Source: an uncultured delta proteobacterium (GTDB lineage: Bacteria > Desulfobacterota > Binatia > UBA9968). Taken from it: a stretch of DNA of 64,000 nucleotides. The position numbers and the translations under genes were made by a program. A model generated the notes under the pieces. That model was not told the DNA's origin. It saw nothing but the letters and a program-made list of their open reading frames with translations, and made no database searches. Positions 42,090-53,361 of the stretch are shown piece after piece. The first letter of the stretch is position 1. Each line of letters begins with the position of its first letter. The stretch lies in contig CAWJZV010000030.1 in NCBI GenBank assembly GCA_963847445.1, positions 320,001 to 384,000 on the forward strand. Direction: 5' to 3'.

Positions 42090-42965
42090 TCAGCAAAGCG
42101 CAACCAGCCAGCAGTATATGACCGCGGCTAGTGCAGTGGTGCCGCAGGCCCATTGGATACGCCACTCCGGTGCGCGCGGCGTAACCAACGCGCAGAGCAT
42201 TCCCAGTACGCCGCCAGCCAGGAGGCCGAAGAGATGAGCCCAGATGTCAACGCGCTGTCCATTGCTGCCGAGCATTCCGAGAAGGGCAAGAGCCGCGGCC
42301 ACCGGCAGCCAAGCGCGCCACCGGCTTATGGGGCTGCGGCGGCGCCGCGTCAGCCCGAGGCTGCCGAGCAAACCGACCGCGCCAAAAACCGCCGTCGAGG
42401 CACCGACCGAGACGTGGGGCGAGCCATGGACAAATGCGTTGGCAAGATTACCGCCCGCGCCGGCCAGCAGGACGAGAGCGCCACCGAGCCCCGCACCCAT
42501 CAAGCTGGATACGGCGCTGAGAAATAACGCAGCGGCGACGGCATTGCTCAGTACATGGGCAAAATCGGCATGGAGCGTGAGAGCGGTCACGGTGCGCCAG
42601 AGTTCACCTTGAAGTATCGGCGCAGCGTCGGCGGCACCGCGCGCAAACCAAGGCAGCGCCGCCGGCCATTGCACCGTGATGGAATAAAATATCAGGAGCG
42701 TCAGGCCGACCGCGACGCCGGCGACCAAGCTGCCCGACTCCATGGGCTCGCCTCGCTCCGCTTGTTTGCCCGGATTTTCGCGATCGTATGCCGACAGACT
42801 GGCAAGCGCTCTGGCTACCTCGGTTTCCGCCACGCTAAGAGCATAGCCGTCCGGTGTCAGCCGCAGGCGCGGCGACAGCCCTTGAGCGATGAGCACAAGC
42901 TCCCACTCCTCGGCCAAGTGGCGGTGCACTGTGACGCGCAGATTGGTTTGCGAATCTTGATTCAT
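42090..42965 (-). CDS. Rhomboid family intramembrane serine protease
   Basis: WRTVTALTLH..HVLSN, VGAS, WAHLFG. Confidence 0.92.
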   Translation of the reverse strand: MNQDSQTNLRVTVHRHLAEEWELVLIAQGLSPRLRLTPDGYALSVAETEVARALASLSAYDRENPGKQAERGEPMESGSLVAGVAVGLTLLIFYSITVQWPAALPWFARGAADAAPILQGELWRTVTALTLHADFAHVLSNAVAAALFLSAVSSLMGAGLGGALVLLAGAGGNLANAFVHGSPHVSVGASTAVFGAVGLLGSLGLTRRRRSPISRWRAWLPVAAALALLGMLGSNGQRVDIWAHLFGLLAGGVLGMLCALVTPRAPEWRIQWACGTTALAAVIYCWLVALC

Positions 42966-43365
42966 TGACTCGATGGCAAAGTCAGCGAATTGTTCGAGTC
43001 ATCGCGGTCACCGGGTCTGCGGTGCGTACGCAGAGGCTTTTTTAGTTTATCGCGCAGCGGTGCCGAGCCACGGGCGAGCACTGGGATTTTTGTTGCAGCA
43101 CAATCGCCGTTAGCGGAAACCAGATCTCGGCTAAGCGGTTGTCCGGTTGGATTCATACTGAGGGGAAGAAAAGTCAATGAACTAAGGCCAGGCCCGAATC
43201 ATCGCAATCATGGCAATCATCGCCGATAGGCGCGAGTGGCGAAACGGCCGCGGCCGTTGGCTCACGTCACCGGGTGAAATTTGCCTGGACGGTTGGCGAT
43301 AAGGCAAACCTCGATGCTCACGGCTCTACCGCAGAACCTACCGTTTGCCTTCCATGAAAGTGCGC

Positions 43366-43635
43366 TCAATATTCCGACGGCGCCGGTTTCACAACTTTTT
43401 TTACTTCCTCAGCCGCACCGTTAGTCGCATCCCGAGCGCCCGCACCAATTGAGCGAGTGACATCCCGGGTGCCATGGCCGATCTCTCTGGTAATATCCCG
43501 AGCGCCATGACCGATTTCTTTACTCACATCGCGGGTCGTGTGGCCAATGGTTCGACCAGCTTCTTTAATTTGTCCGCAAGCCGGTAAAGCACCACAAAGA
43601 ACTAACGCTACAGTTTTAACCACAAGCTTGAACAT
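43366..43635 (-). CDS. Small lipoprotein with 11-aa repeats
   Basis: Lipobox LPAC; IGHTTRDVSKE / IGHGARDITRE / IGHGTRDVTRS / IGAGARDATNG. Confidence 0.75.
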   Translation of the reverse strand: MFKLVVKTVALVLCGALPACGQIKEAGRTIGHTTRDVSKEIGHGARDITREIGHGTRDVTRSIGAGARDATNGAAEEVKKVVKPAPSEY

Positions 43636-43858
43636 TTTTTTCCAGACTTCTCCGCACTCCCAGCGGCGATATCAAGTATACCAGCTTTGGGGAATTGGCG
43701 AAGAGCCGGCATGACGAGATCATCAACACATAGAAACTCACTTACTGGCGAGGCTGCGAAATTCACAATTTGCCTGCAAAAGATCGAAATCGTGGACACT
43801 TTTTGGACACTTTACCGATTTAAGACAGGTCCAATCGCTGCAAGTAGTAGATTTAAAA

Positions 43859-43932
43859 TGCCCCCGGCGCGATTCGAACGCGCGGCCTCAGGATTAGGAA
43901 TCCTGCGCTCTATCCACCTGAGCTACGGGGGC
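43859..43932 (-). tRNA. tRNA-Arg(CCT)
   Basis: GCCCCCGTAGCTCAGGTGGATAGAGCG CAGGA-TT-CCT-AA-TCCTG AGGCCGCGCGTTCGAATCGCGCCGGGGGCA; no encoded CCA. Confidence 0.96.
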
Positions 43933-44057
43933 GAATGGATTTTCTTGGCGAAGCCAGTGTTGTTTTGTCGCTGGCTCGGCTATTTGTTACCATCAATGGC
44001 GAAGTCGGGTCAATCGAGGCGGCGACATTCTGGCAAGGAAGCGTGATTGCGACTTTT

Positions 44058-44333
44058 ATGAAACGAAAAACAGCGCGGCAAAGACCACAAACCAGGCTCA
44101 CGGTGATTTTTTTACCGGCAGCACTGGCAATTTTTCTAACGCTACTCCATGGCTGTGCCGTCGGACAGCGCCCGCTGTCGATCAAAATGTTCAACGCCCA
44201 GACCAACACCACGCTTAACTGTGAAGCCCGCGATCTGGGCCGGGCCGATCGCGAGATGCTCGCCGACACCGTCGAAAGCTGCGCCCGCCAGTTGGAGAGA
44301 AGCGGCTTCGCGCGCCAGAGTAGCACGCCCTGA
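44058..44333 (+). CDS. Small hypothetical lipoprotein
   Basis: Hydrophobic stretch then LHGC lipobox; two further Cys; start uncertain. Confidence 0.55.
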   Translation: MKRKTARQRPQTRLTVIFLPAALAIFLTLLHGCAVGQRPLSIKMFNAQTNTTLNCEARDLGRADREMLADTVESCARQLERSGFARQSSTP

Positions 44334-44513
44334 AAGGCCAAGCCGGCTTGACGGCGGGAATCCTTTCCGGTTACTTTCACGTTTCGGAAATTCTCGGGTT
44401 CATGCAAGATTGCAACGGCCTCAAAATGGAATCGCGTCTGCCGTGCTGACGCGCGAAACGGGAGTCCGCTGCGGGTAGTGGTTCAGTTTAATTATTGGCC
44501 GGGCTGCAAGGAT

Positions 44514-44590
44514 CGGAAAGGATTTCTCGCGTCGCTCGAAATGACAGATTCCGGTCGCTGTCATCCCGAAAGAAGAGAGGGATCTTTCCG
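44514..44590. repeat. TGTCATTTCGAGCG..GAGAAATC-type palindromic repeat pair
   Basis: GATTTCTCGCGTCGCTCGAAATGACA + TGTCATCCCGAA..GAGGGATCT; related copies at 53890-53946 and 63460-63486. Confidence 0.75.
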
Positions 44591-44621
44591 AACTGAACCA
44601 CCACATATGCAGCAGTCGAAC

Positions 44622-44650
44622 TTGACTTTGACCCGACCGAGACATAACTT
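44622..44650 (+). promoter_or_regulatory. Sigma70-type promoter for moeB
   Basis: TTGACT-N17-TAACTT; AGGAGG RBS before ATG 44680. Confidence 0.55.
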
Positions 44651-44679
44651 AGACCTCTAAGGTCCATCTAGGAGGAAAC

Positions 44680-45851
44680 ATGGCCAAGAGTTTTCAAGAT
44701 ATCATGGCCGAGGCGCGCAAGGAGATCCCCGAAGCGTCGCCGCAGCAAGTCAGCGAACTGTTGAAGAACAACGGCAAGTCGCCGGTTTTACTTGATGTTC
44801 GCGAGAGCGACGAGTGGCGCCAGGGTCATCTGGAGGGAGCGATTCCGCTGCCCCGCGGCTTTCTCGAAATCAAAGTCGAAACCGCGATTCCCGACAAGAA
44901 CACGCCGATCGTCGCCTATTGCGCCGGCGGCGTGCGCTCGCTTTTGGCCGCCAAAGTCATGCGCGAGATGGGCTATCAAAACGTCACTTCCATGGCCGGC
45001 GGTTACGGCGCCTGGAAGAACGGCGGCTTCAAGTGGGTGCAGGATTTTCAGTACACACCCGAGCAGCTGATCCGTTACAGCCGCCATTTTCTCCTGCCGG
45101 AAGTCGGCGAAGACGGCCAGGCTAAATTGCTCCAAGCGAAAGTTTTGATGGTCGGCGCCGGCGGCCTGGGCTCGCCTGTCAGCTTACTATCTTGCGGCGG
45201 CCGGTGTCGGCACAATCGGCATCATCGACAACGACGTCGTCGATATTTCCAACTTGCAGCGGCAAATCCTGCACGCCAACGACCGCGTCGGCATGCCCAA
45301 GGTCGAGTCGGCGAAGAAAACTCTGGAAGGTCTAAATCCGGACGTGAAGGTGATCCCGTATCAGGCCAAGCTCACGTCGGAGAACATCATGGAGATCTTG
45401 AAGGATTACGACTTGGTGATCGACGGCTGCGATAATTTTCCCGACGCGCTATCTGGTCAACGACGCTTGCGTGCTCACCGGCAAGCCCAACGTCCATGGC
45501 AGTATTTTTCAGTTCGAGGGACAGGCGACGGTTTTTTATCCGGGCAAAGGCCCCTGCTACCGCTGCTTGTATCCCGAGCCGCCTCCGGCGGAAATGGCGC
45601 CGAGCTGCGCCGAAGCCGGCGTCCTGGGCGTGCTGCCTGGATTGATCGGCGTCATCGAAGCGTTGGAAGCGGTGAAGTTAATTCTCGGCAAAGGCGACAG
45701 CTTGGTCGGCCGGCTGCTGCATTTCAACACGCTGACCATGGAGATCAACACGCTTAAGCTGCGCCGCGATCCCAACTGCCCGATGTGCGGCGACAATCCG
45801 ACGATCAAAGAGCTTATCGACTACGAGGAGTTCTGTTCCTTGCGCCACTAG
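44680..45851 (+). CDS. moeB: Rhodanese-MoeB/ThiF adenylyltransferase (two frameshifts)
   Basis: LLDVRE..YCAGGVRS; RYSRH, GAGGLGS, SNLQRQ, CYRCLY, CPMC. Confidence 0.88.
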
Positions 45852-46684
45852 ACGATGGCGGTTTGTTCGAGTAGGTGGAGCGGCGGCTGTTGAAGCCGCC
45901 GCTTTTTTTTGGCGTGATCACCGGGCGGCGCTCGACTCCTGATCGTGCCTGGTTTGGCCAGACCCACGGCAATTTTGAGCGCCATGACTTCGCTTTGGTA
46001 CAACGGTCGCAGTTCACCGACCGGCAAGCGATCCCAGTTCAATCGGCCCGACCTTGATGCGAATGAGTTTCTCGACGAAGTAATTGAGCGCTTCGAACAT
46101 CCGGCGCACTTCGCGCTTCTTGCCCTCGTGAACTTCGATTTCGACCCAAGCGTTTTTGCGCAGCTTCTCGATCACCCGCACCCGCGCCGGCGCGGTCATG
46201 CCGTCTTCCAGGCGGATGCCTTTGCGCAAGATCGCGAAGTCATCTTCAGTCGGACAGGCGCTCAAGCTTCACTTGATAGAGCTTTGGAATGCCGTACCTG
46301 GGATGGGCGATGCGCATGGCCAAGCTCGCCGTCGTTGGTCAAGAGCAACAACCCCGTGGTGTTGTAGTCCAAGCGACCCACAGGAAAGACCCGCTTTTTC
46401 TCGCCCAGGCGCGCGACATACGGCGTGATGTCCGGCCGGTGCTGCGGATCGTTCAAGGTCGTGATGACGCCAGGCGGTTTGTGCAGCGCATAGTAAAGCG
46501 GCTCGGCGGCGGACTTCACCCGCTTGCCGTCGATCTTGATGCTGTCTTTGAAGGGATCGGCTTGGGAGCCCAATTTGTCGACCACGGTGCCATTGACCGT
46601 AATGCGCCCCTCGACGATCCAGCGCTCCGCCTCCCGGCGCGAAGCCAAGCCCGCCCGGGCGATAATTTTTTGCAGCCGTTCCAT
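45848..46684 (-). CDS. rluB: rRNA pseudouridine synthase RluB/RsuA family (frameshifted)
   Basis: MERLQKIIARAGLASRR (S4), VGRLDYNTTGLLLLTNDG, EGKKREVRRM. Confidence 0.88.
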
Positions 46685-46696
46685 CTGGTTTAGCGC

Positions 46697-47272
46697 TTAA
46701 CTTTCTTCGGCCTGTTCGAGCGGGATCACGTCGCGGGATATCTCCGGCAGCGAGATTTCGTCAGTCTCCTTGAGTGTCGGCAAATCGGTCAAGTCTTTGA
46801 GATTGAACAACTGTAGGAACTCCGCCGTCGTGCCATATAGAAACGGCCGTCCCGGCACATCCTTGCGCGCCACCGCGCGAATCAAATTGCGCTCCAAGAG
46901 CGTCGTAATCACGCCGTCGACATCGACGCCGCGAATCGATTCGATCTCCGCTTTGGTGATCGGCTGGCGGTAAGCGATAATCGCCAAGGTCTCCAAGGTC
47001 GCCCGGCCCATGCGCGCCGGCCGGCCGCCGAGGAGTTTTTTTACCCAATCGCCGTTGATCTTGGCGGTGCGCAGTTGATAGCCGCCGGCCACCTCAACCA
47101 ATTGCAAACCGCGGCTCGGCGCTTCGAGATCGCTTTGCAGTTCCTGAAGCAGCCCGTGAATCATCTCCTTGTCGACGCCATCGACAACTTCGGCGAATCG
47201 CTGCACGGTCAGCGGCCCATCGGCGACGAACAGCAAACTTTCCAAGATCGATTTGACTTCCTCACGCTCCAT
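46697..47272 (-). CDS. scpB: SMC-Scp complex subunit B
   Basis: LETLAIIAYRQPITKAEIESIRGV, GRPFLYGTT. Confidence 0.95.
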   Translation of the reverse strand: MEREEVKSILESLLFVADGPLTVQRFAEVVDGVDKEMIHGLLQELQSDLEAPSRGLQLVEVAGGYQLRTAKINGDWVKKLLGGRPARMGRATLETLAIIAYRQPITKAEIESIRGVDVDGVITTLLERNLIRAVARKDVPGRPFLYGTTAEFLQLFNLKDLTDLPTLKETDEISLPEISRDVIPLEQAEES

Positions 47273-47283
47273 AGGGATCTTCC

Positions 47284-48036
47284 TCAGCCTGATCGAGCAC
47301 CACGCTGCTCAGCGACGCCGTCCATGTCGGCCGCGGCCTCGATCTTGATCGGCCCGGCCATTTCCTCCTGAAAGATACGAATCGCCCGGACCTTGACCAA
47401 CTCCAACATGGCGAGAAAGGTCACGATGATCTCCATGCGCGAACTGACCTCGGCGAAGAGCGATTCGAACAGGATCGAGCTCTGCGCCCGCAGGATATCG
47501 AGCAGATGGGTCATCTTCTCGCGCACCGTGATCTTTTCCAGCGTAACCTCGTGAAAAGTATCCTTGGGCAAGCGGTCGATAATGCGCTTCAACGCCGCCA
47601 GCAGCTCGAACACCGACACCTCGCGAAAGCCGCGCGGTCCGGCCTCTTCGGTGGGTGAAGCCGAACGGGCGAACACGTCGCGGCTCAACACCTCGCGCTG
47701 GTCGAGATCCTGCGCCGCTTCCTTGTAGCGCTGGTATTCGAGCAGACGGCGCACCAACTCATCGCGCGGGTCGAACCCTTCATCCTCATCGTCGCCGCCG
47801 TCGTCGCCCGCCGGCAGCAGCATGCGCGACTTGATGTGGATCAACGTCGAGGCCATGACCAAAAACTCTCCGGCGACATCCAGACTCAAGGTCTGCAACA
47901 GGTCGAGGGTCGCTAGATACTGCTCGGTGATGGTCGCGATCGGAATATCGGTGATGCTGACTTCGTTCTTCTTGATCAGATGCAGCAGCAGGTCGAGAGG
48001 ACCTTCGAAAATTTCCAATTCGACGCGGGTACTCAC
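47284..48036 (-). CDS. scpA: SMC-Scp complex subunit A
   Basis: FEGPLDLLLHLI, IVTFLAMLEL. Confidence 0.95.
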   Translation of the reverse strand: MSTRVELEIFEGPLDLLLHLIKKNEVSITDIPIATITEQYLATLDLLQTLSLDVAGEFLVMASTLIHIKSRMLLPAGDDGGDDEDEGFDPRDELVRRLLEYQRYKEAAQDLDQREVLSRDVFARSASPTEEAGPRGFREVSVFELLAALKRIIDRLPKDTFHEVTLEKITVREKMTHLLDILRAQSSILFESLFAEVSSRMEIIVTFLAMLELVKVRAIRIFQEEMAGPIKIEAAADMDGVAEQRGARSG

Positions 48037-49012
48037 AGTCCCAGAGCCTCTCTGACTTCAGTCATGGTTTCGCTGGCCTTGTGCTGTGCGACGCCTGGTT
48101 GCCAGCGAGCAAAATATCTTCGACATCCTGCGGCCGCTGCTCCAACGCCGCGCGCTTCTCCGTGATCGGCGCCAACTGCGCCACTACATGTTTGATCATG
48201 ATTTTTTTACAATCGAGACAGCCGATTCCGGCCGTGCGGCAACCTTGAGACACCTCGGCGATTTCTTCCGGCGTCGAATAGATTTTATGAAATTGAAACG
48301 CCGGGCACTTCTCCGGCTCGCCGGGATCGCTGCGCCGCACCCGCGCCGGATCGGTGATCATCTTGCTCAGCTTCTGATCGATCTCCTTGGGGCTGTCCGA
48401 GAGCATTACCGCGTTACCGAAGCTCTTGCTCATCTTACGGCCGTCGAGCCCTGGCAGCTTCTGGGTTTCGGTCAGCAGAACCTCAGGCTCTGGAAAGATC
48501 GGCGTGTAAACCTGATTGAAACGACGCACGATCTCGCGGGTCAACTCCACATGGGGCGCCTGGTCGACACCTACGGGAACTTTGTTGGCCTTATACATCG
48601 TAATATCGGCCGCCTGAAGCACTGGATAGCCGAGAAATCCATAGGTCGACAGATCCTTGCCGATCAACTCCTTGATCTGATCCTTATAAGTCGGGTTACG
48701 CTCAAGCCAAGGGACCGGCACGATCATCGAATAGAGCAGATGCAGTTCGGCATGCTCCTTAACCCGCGACTGGCGAAACACCACCGCCTTGGCCGGATCG
48801 AGGCCGACGCTCAACCAATCCATGACCATCTCGATGGTGTTCTGATTGATCCCCTGCGGCGTCGCATAATCGGTCGTCAGCGCGTGCCAATCGGCAACGA
48901 AAAAGTAGCATCGATAGTCGTCTTGCAGCTTGAGCCAATTGGTCAACGCGCCAAAATAATGTCCAAGATGAAGCCGTCCGGTGGGCCGCATGCCGCTAAC
49001 GATGGTGTCCAT
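48033..49012 (-). CDS. trpS: Tryptophan-tRNA ligase (C-terminal frameshift near 48090)
   Basis: SGMRPTGRLHLGH, YPVLQAADI, KMSKS; alternative frame ends ETMTEVREALGL* at 48033. Confidence 0.95.
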
Positions 49013-49089
49013 TTCTCCTCAATTAAACATCCGCCGGCTATATGCCGGGGCGATTCTGATTACGTTGTCGCAATGGCCACTTTGTCTTT

Positions 49090-49160
49090 TTCGTCTTCCC
49101 GCCAAGGCGGGAATCGGTGACGGTCAGCATCCCGTCATACCGATGAAAAAGCATGTCCTC
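49090..49160. repeat. Degenerate GTCATTCCCGC..GCGGGAATC units
   Basis: CGTCTTCCCGCCAAGGCGGGAATC and CGTCATACCGATGAAAA, similar to units inside 5148/8119 repeats. Confidence 0.55.
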
Positions 49161-49199
49161 GCTTAAAAGTGACAAATGCAATCCTCCCCGAGAAGGACA

Positions 49200-49854
49200 T
49201 TAGAAAATCGCCAAATAAAGTTTCAACAAGAATTCCGTCGGTCCCGTCGATGAACCGATCGATCACGCGGGTGTATAAGAGCCCAATGAGGAGCAACATG
49301 CCAAAGCGCTCGACGCCGGCGACTTTGGACGACCAGGGCTCCGGCAACAAGCCAACCAGGACTCTGCCGCCATCCAACGGCGGTATCGGAAACATGTTAA
49401 ACACCGCCAACGAGATATTGATCAATAAACCGCCCTGGGCCATCAGCACCAGCGTGGTCAAGACGGCGGAGTTTCCTAAATCCGCCCTGCTTTGCGGCAG
49501 GAACAGCCGCCACATCAGCACGAAACCCAACGCCAGCAACAAGTTCATCACCGGTCCAGCCAAAGCGACCCATACCATGTCGCGCTTGGGATTGCGCAGG
49601 TTGTAAAAATTCACCGGCACCGGCTTGGCGTAACCGAAGACAAACGGCGAATTGACCAAGATCAACATCGCCGGCACGAGAATCGTCCCAAACAAGTCGA
49701 TATGCGCGATCGGATTGAGCGTCAGCCGGCCCAGATTTTTAGCCGTCGGATCGCCCAGCCGGTTCGCCACCCAACCGTGGGCAACCTCATGAAAAACCAC
49801 AGCTACAAGAACGGGAAACGCCCAAATGGCAATTTTCTGGATGGTGTCTTCCAA
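49200..49854 (-). CDS. Site-2 protease (M50) family
   Basis: HEVAHG, GRLTLNP, ALAGPVMN, NMFPIPPLDG; start TTG and C-terminus approximate (indel). Confidence 0.9.
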
Positions 49855-50009
49855 TAACTTCTCGCGGCGAGATGCTGCTATAGAAATACGGTATGAAATG
49901 CGAAAACACAAGGCGAGAGCGGGCTATTCGGGGCGGTGCAACATTAGCATTGAAAGACTCACCGTCAGATTGAACATGTCGAACGAGGTCCATGCGCGCT
50001 CAGGTTGGG

Positions 50010-50404
50010 CATCTGAAACAAATCCGCCGATACGGCGAGGGCGATCCGTGGGCCGATGGACGAATGCGCCGTGTAAGTCATCGCATAGCTCTGGAACCTT
50101 TCCACGAACGTGATGCGCGGATCCTCACAGCCGACGCTGCCGTCAGACCGAAGCTCGTAATCCGCTTCCGGTTCCAGTGCAATGCCGAGCCGCTCGACGC
50201 CTGTCGGGTTGCCGGCGTCATCAAACCGAACTCGGACAATGCCATGCGCGAATAATTGCCGCGCGCGACGAGTCGCGGAAACAGGTAGAGCTTGCCATCA
50301 GGTCCACGAATGGCAGCCGGATTGAGGACACCTTCAGCCTCCAGCAAATTGCGCGGTTCCGGCTCCATCACCTGCCGCAAGCGCTGCAACTGAAAGCCGG
50401 TCAT
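50010..50404 (-). pseudogene. GH130-like glycosidase/phosphorylase N-terminal fragment
   Basis: [25 protein letters not shown] / [23 protein letters not shown], then truncated. Confidence 0.75.
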
Positions 50405-50519
50405 CTCGACTGCTCGATGAGTTTGTTGTCGTAAAAGTAATCTAAACAAGCAGAGGTCGCTTCGACGCCCTATTTCGTCTGAGTGCCATCTCTGACCTCG
50501 ATAATGACGGCTCCCCGCG

Positions 50520-53349
50520 AATGGCTTGTTTGGCGTAGGCGGCCTTGGGGCCGAGTTGGGCCACGCGATCGTTCGGTGCAGTCGCCGGAGGAAGCTGTGA
50601 AAGCGTTTGCCAAGTCGGCGCGATCGGAGCTCATGAACGCGCGCGTGGAGGATCACATCGGCGACGAGATGGAAACGGTCCAAGTCGTTCATCACCACCA
50701 TGTCGAAAGGCGTCGAGGTCGTGCCCTCCTCTTTGTAACCGCGCACATGGAGGTTTTCGTGGTTGGTGCGCCGATAGGTGAGCCGATGGATCAGCCAGGG
50801 ATAACCGTGATAGGCGAAGATGATCGGTTTGTCGGTGGTGAAGAGCACGTCGAACTCTTTATCGCTCAGTTCGTCGTCAGAGATCTTGTCCAGCTCGACG
50901 CCCGCGATGGCCAAATCGTCGGCTGAAGCGATACCGATATCTCGCGCAATCGCCGTCGCGGTGTGCGGATGGTCACCGGTAATCATCACTACGCCAATGC
51001 CGGCGGCGCGACATTTTGCCACGGCATCTTTGGCCTCCTGACGCGGCGGATCATACATTCCCGATAGACCCACGAATACGAGATCGTGCTCCACGGCCTC
51101 CGCCGTGAGGCCGGCGGGCGAAGCGTTGTCCAGGTTGCGATAGGCCGAACCGAGCACACGCAGAGCTTGCTCGGCCATCGCGGTGTTTTGCGCCACGATG
51201 TTCCGGCGGTCCTCGTCCGTCATGGGACGGACTCCGGTGCTGCTGTAAAGGTTTGCGCAACGCTCTAACAACACGTCGGGCGCGCCGTTAACGAAGGCGC
51301 GGAGCTTCCCATCCGGCATCTTGCGAACACCGTGCGGATGTTTGCGCTCGGAGTCGAGCGGTAGCTCATCAGATGCGCGAACCACGATGATCACCGCCGG
51401 ACTTTGAGTGTGGGAAAATATTGCCGCAGCAATTCCACCGCGGCCAGGGTTTCGAGCGTCGGCACGTCGCCACAGCACACCATGACGACATCGGGCTCGC
51501 CGCCCTGATCGTTGCTCGCCCAGGGCCAGATGCCGATGCCGGCGCTGCAATGCTTAATCGCGGCGTCCATGTCGAGCCACTGCGGCGCGGGTTGCTTGCC
51601 GGCGACGATGACGTTCACGCAATTGCGGCTGCGCAGGCAGTAATCCGTCACCGAAAGCAACGTGTTGGCGTCGGGCGGCAGATAGACCCGGATGATTTCC
51701 GCCTTCTTGTTGACCACATGGTCGATGAAACCGGGGTCCTGATGGCTGAAGCCGTTGTGGTCCTGGCGCCAGACATGGGACGTGAGCAAGTAATTCAGCG
51801 AGGCGATGGGGCGACGCCAGGGGATGTCGCGCGTGACCTTGAGCCACTTGGCGTGCTGATTGAACATCGAATCGACGATGTGAATGAACGCTTCGTAGCA
51901 GGAGAAAAACCCGTGACGGCCGGTGAGCAGGTAGCCTTCCAGCCAGCCTTCGCACTGATGCTCGCTCAACATCTCCATCACGCGGCCGTCCGGGGCGACG
52001 TGATCGTCGCCGGGAACTATTTCCGCCGTCGAGCAACGGTTCGTCTCTTCGAACACGCCGCCCCAGCGGTTCGAGGAGGTTTCGTCCGGGCTAAAAACGC
52101 GGAAGTTTTGCCGATTCGCTTTGATCACGTCGCGGATGAACTCGCCCTGAACGCGGGTGGCTTCGCCGTCGACGGCGCCGGGCTTTGGCACTTTCACTGC
52201 GTAGCTGCGGAAATCAGGCAGGCGCAGGTCGCGTAGCAGGAGCCCGCCGTTGGCGTGGGGATTGGCGCTCATGCGGCACTCGCCCTTCGGCGCGAGCTCT
52301 GCGAGTTCGGCGCGCAACTTGCCCGCCCGGTCGAACAACTCCTGCGGGCGGTAACTCTTCAGCCACTTCTGCAAAATCTTCACATGCCCTGGATGACTCA
52401 TGTCGCCCATCGGCACCTGGTGCGAGCGAGACGTGCCTTCGCTCGGTTTGCCATCGACCATTTTCGGGCCGGTCCAACCCTTCGGCGAGCGCAAAATAAT
52501 CATCGGCCAGCGCGGCCGTGCCTTGAACCCGTTGGTACGGGCATCGCGTTGGATGCGCCGAATGTCGGCCACGACAACGTCGAGTGTAGCGGCCATGAGT
52601 TGGTGCATCTTGATCGGGTCCTCGCCCTCGACGAAATACGGCGTGTAACCATAGCCTCGGAAAAGCGCTTCCAGTTCGTCATGGGGAATGCGCGCCAGCA
52701 CGGTGGGGCCGGCAATCTTGTAGCCGTTTAAATGCACAATCGGCAACACGGCGCCGTCGTGGACCGGATTCAAAAATTTGTTCGAGTGCCAGCTGGTGGC
52801 GAGCGGGCCGGTCTCCGCTTCGCCGTCGCCGACAACGCACGCGACCAGCAGGTTGGGATTGTCGAACGCCGCACCAAAAGCGTGCGACAGCGAATAGCCC
52901 AGTTCGCCGCCCTCGTGAATCGAACCGGGCGTCTCCGGCGCAACGTGGCTCGGAATGCCGCCGGGAAAGGAGAACTGCTTGAACAGCCGCTGCATCCCGT
53001 CTTCGTCTTGCGCGATGTTGGGATAGACTTCGCTATAGGTGCCTTCGAGGTAGGCGTTCGCCACCAACCCAGGCCCGCCGTGGCCCGGGCCAGTGATGTA
53101 GATGACGTTAAGGCCATGTTCCTTGATGACTCGGTTCAAGTGCACATAGATGAAGTTCAGCCCAGGCGTCGTGCCCCAATGGCCGAGCAAGCGCGGTTTG
53201 ATATGGGCCAGCTTGAGCGGCTGCTTCAGCAGTGGATTGTCATACAGATAAATCTGTCCGACCGAGAGGTAGTTCGCCGCGCGCCAATAGGCGTCGATCT
53301 TGCGCAGCGATTCTGCACTAAGTGTCTTTGAGTTCGTTTTGGTTTTCAT
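50520..53349 (-). CDS. xfp: Xylulose-5-P/fructose-6-P phosphoketolase, 3' end interrupted
   Basis: [47 protein letters not shown]; C-terminal pieces at 50869-50651 and 50570-50520. Confidence 0.9.
50870..51328 (-). pseudogene. Internal fragment of P-type (Ca2+-type) ATPase lying inside xfp
   Basis: [38 protein letters not shown]. Confidence 0.85.
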
Positions 53350-53361
53350 GGCAGTATTGGT

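Noticed and set aside
50078-51550. 490-aa ORF as a genuine ATPase-phosphoketolase-glycosidase fusion
   Set aside because: Contains only partial domains (no DKTGT, no TM helices) joined by out-of-frame stretches
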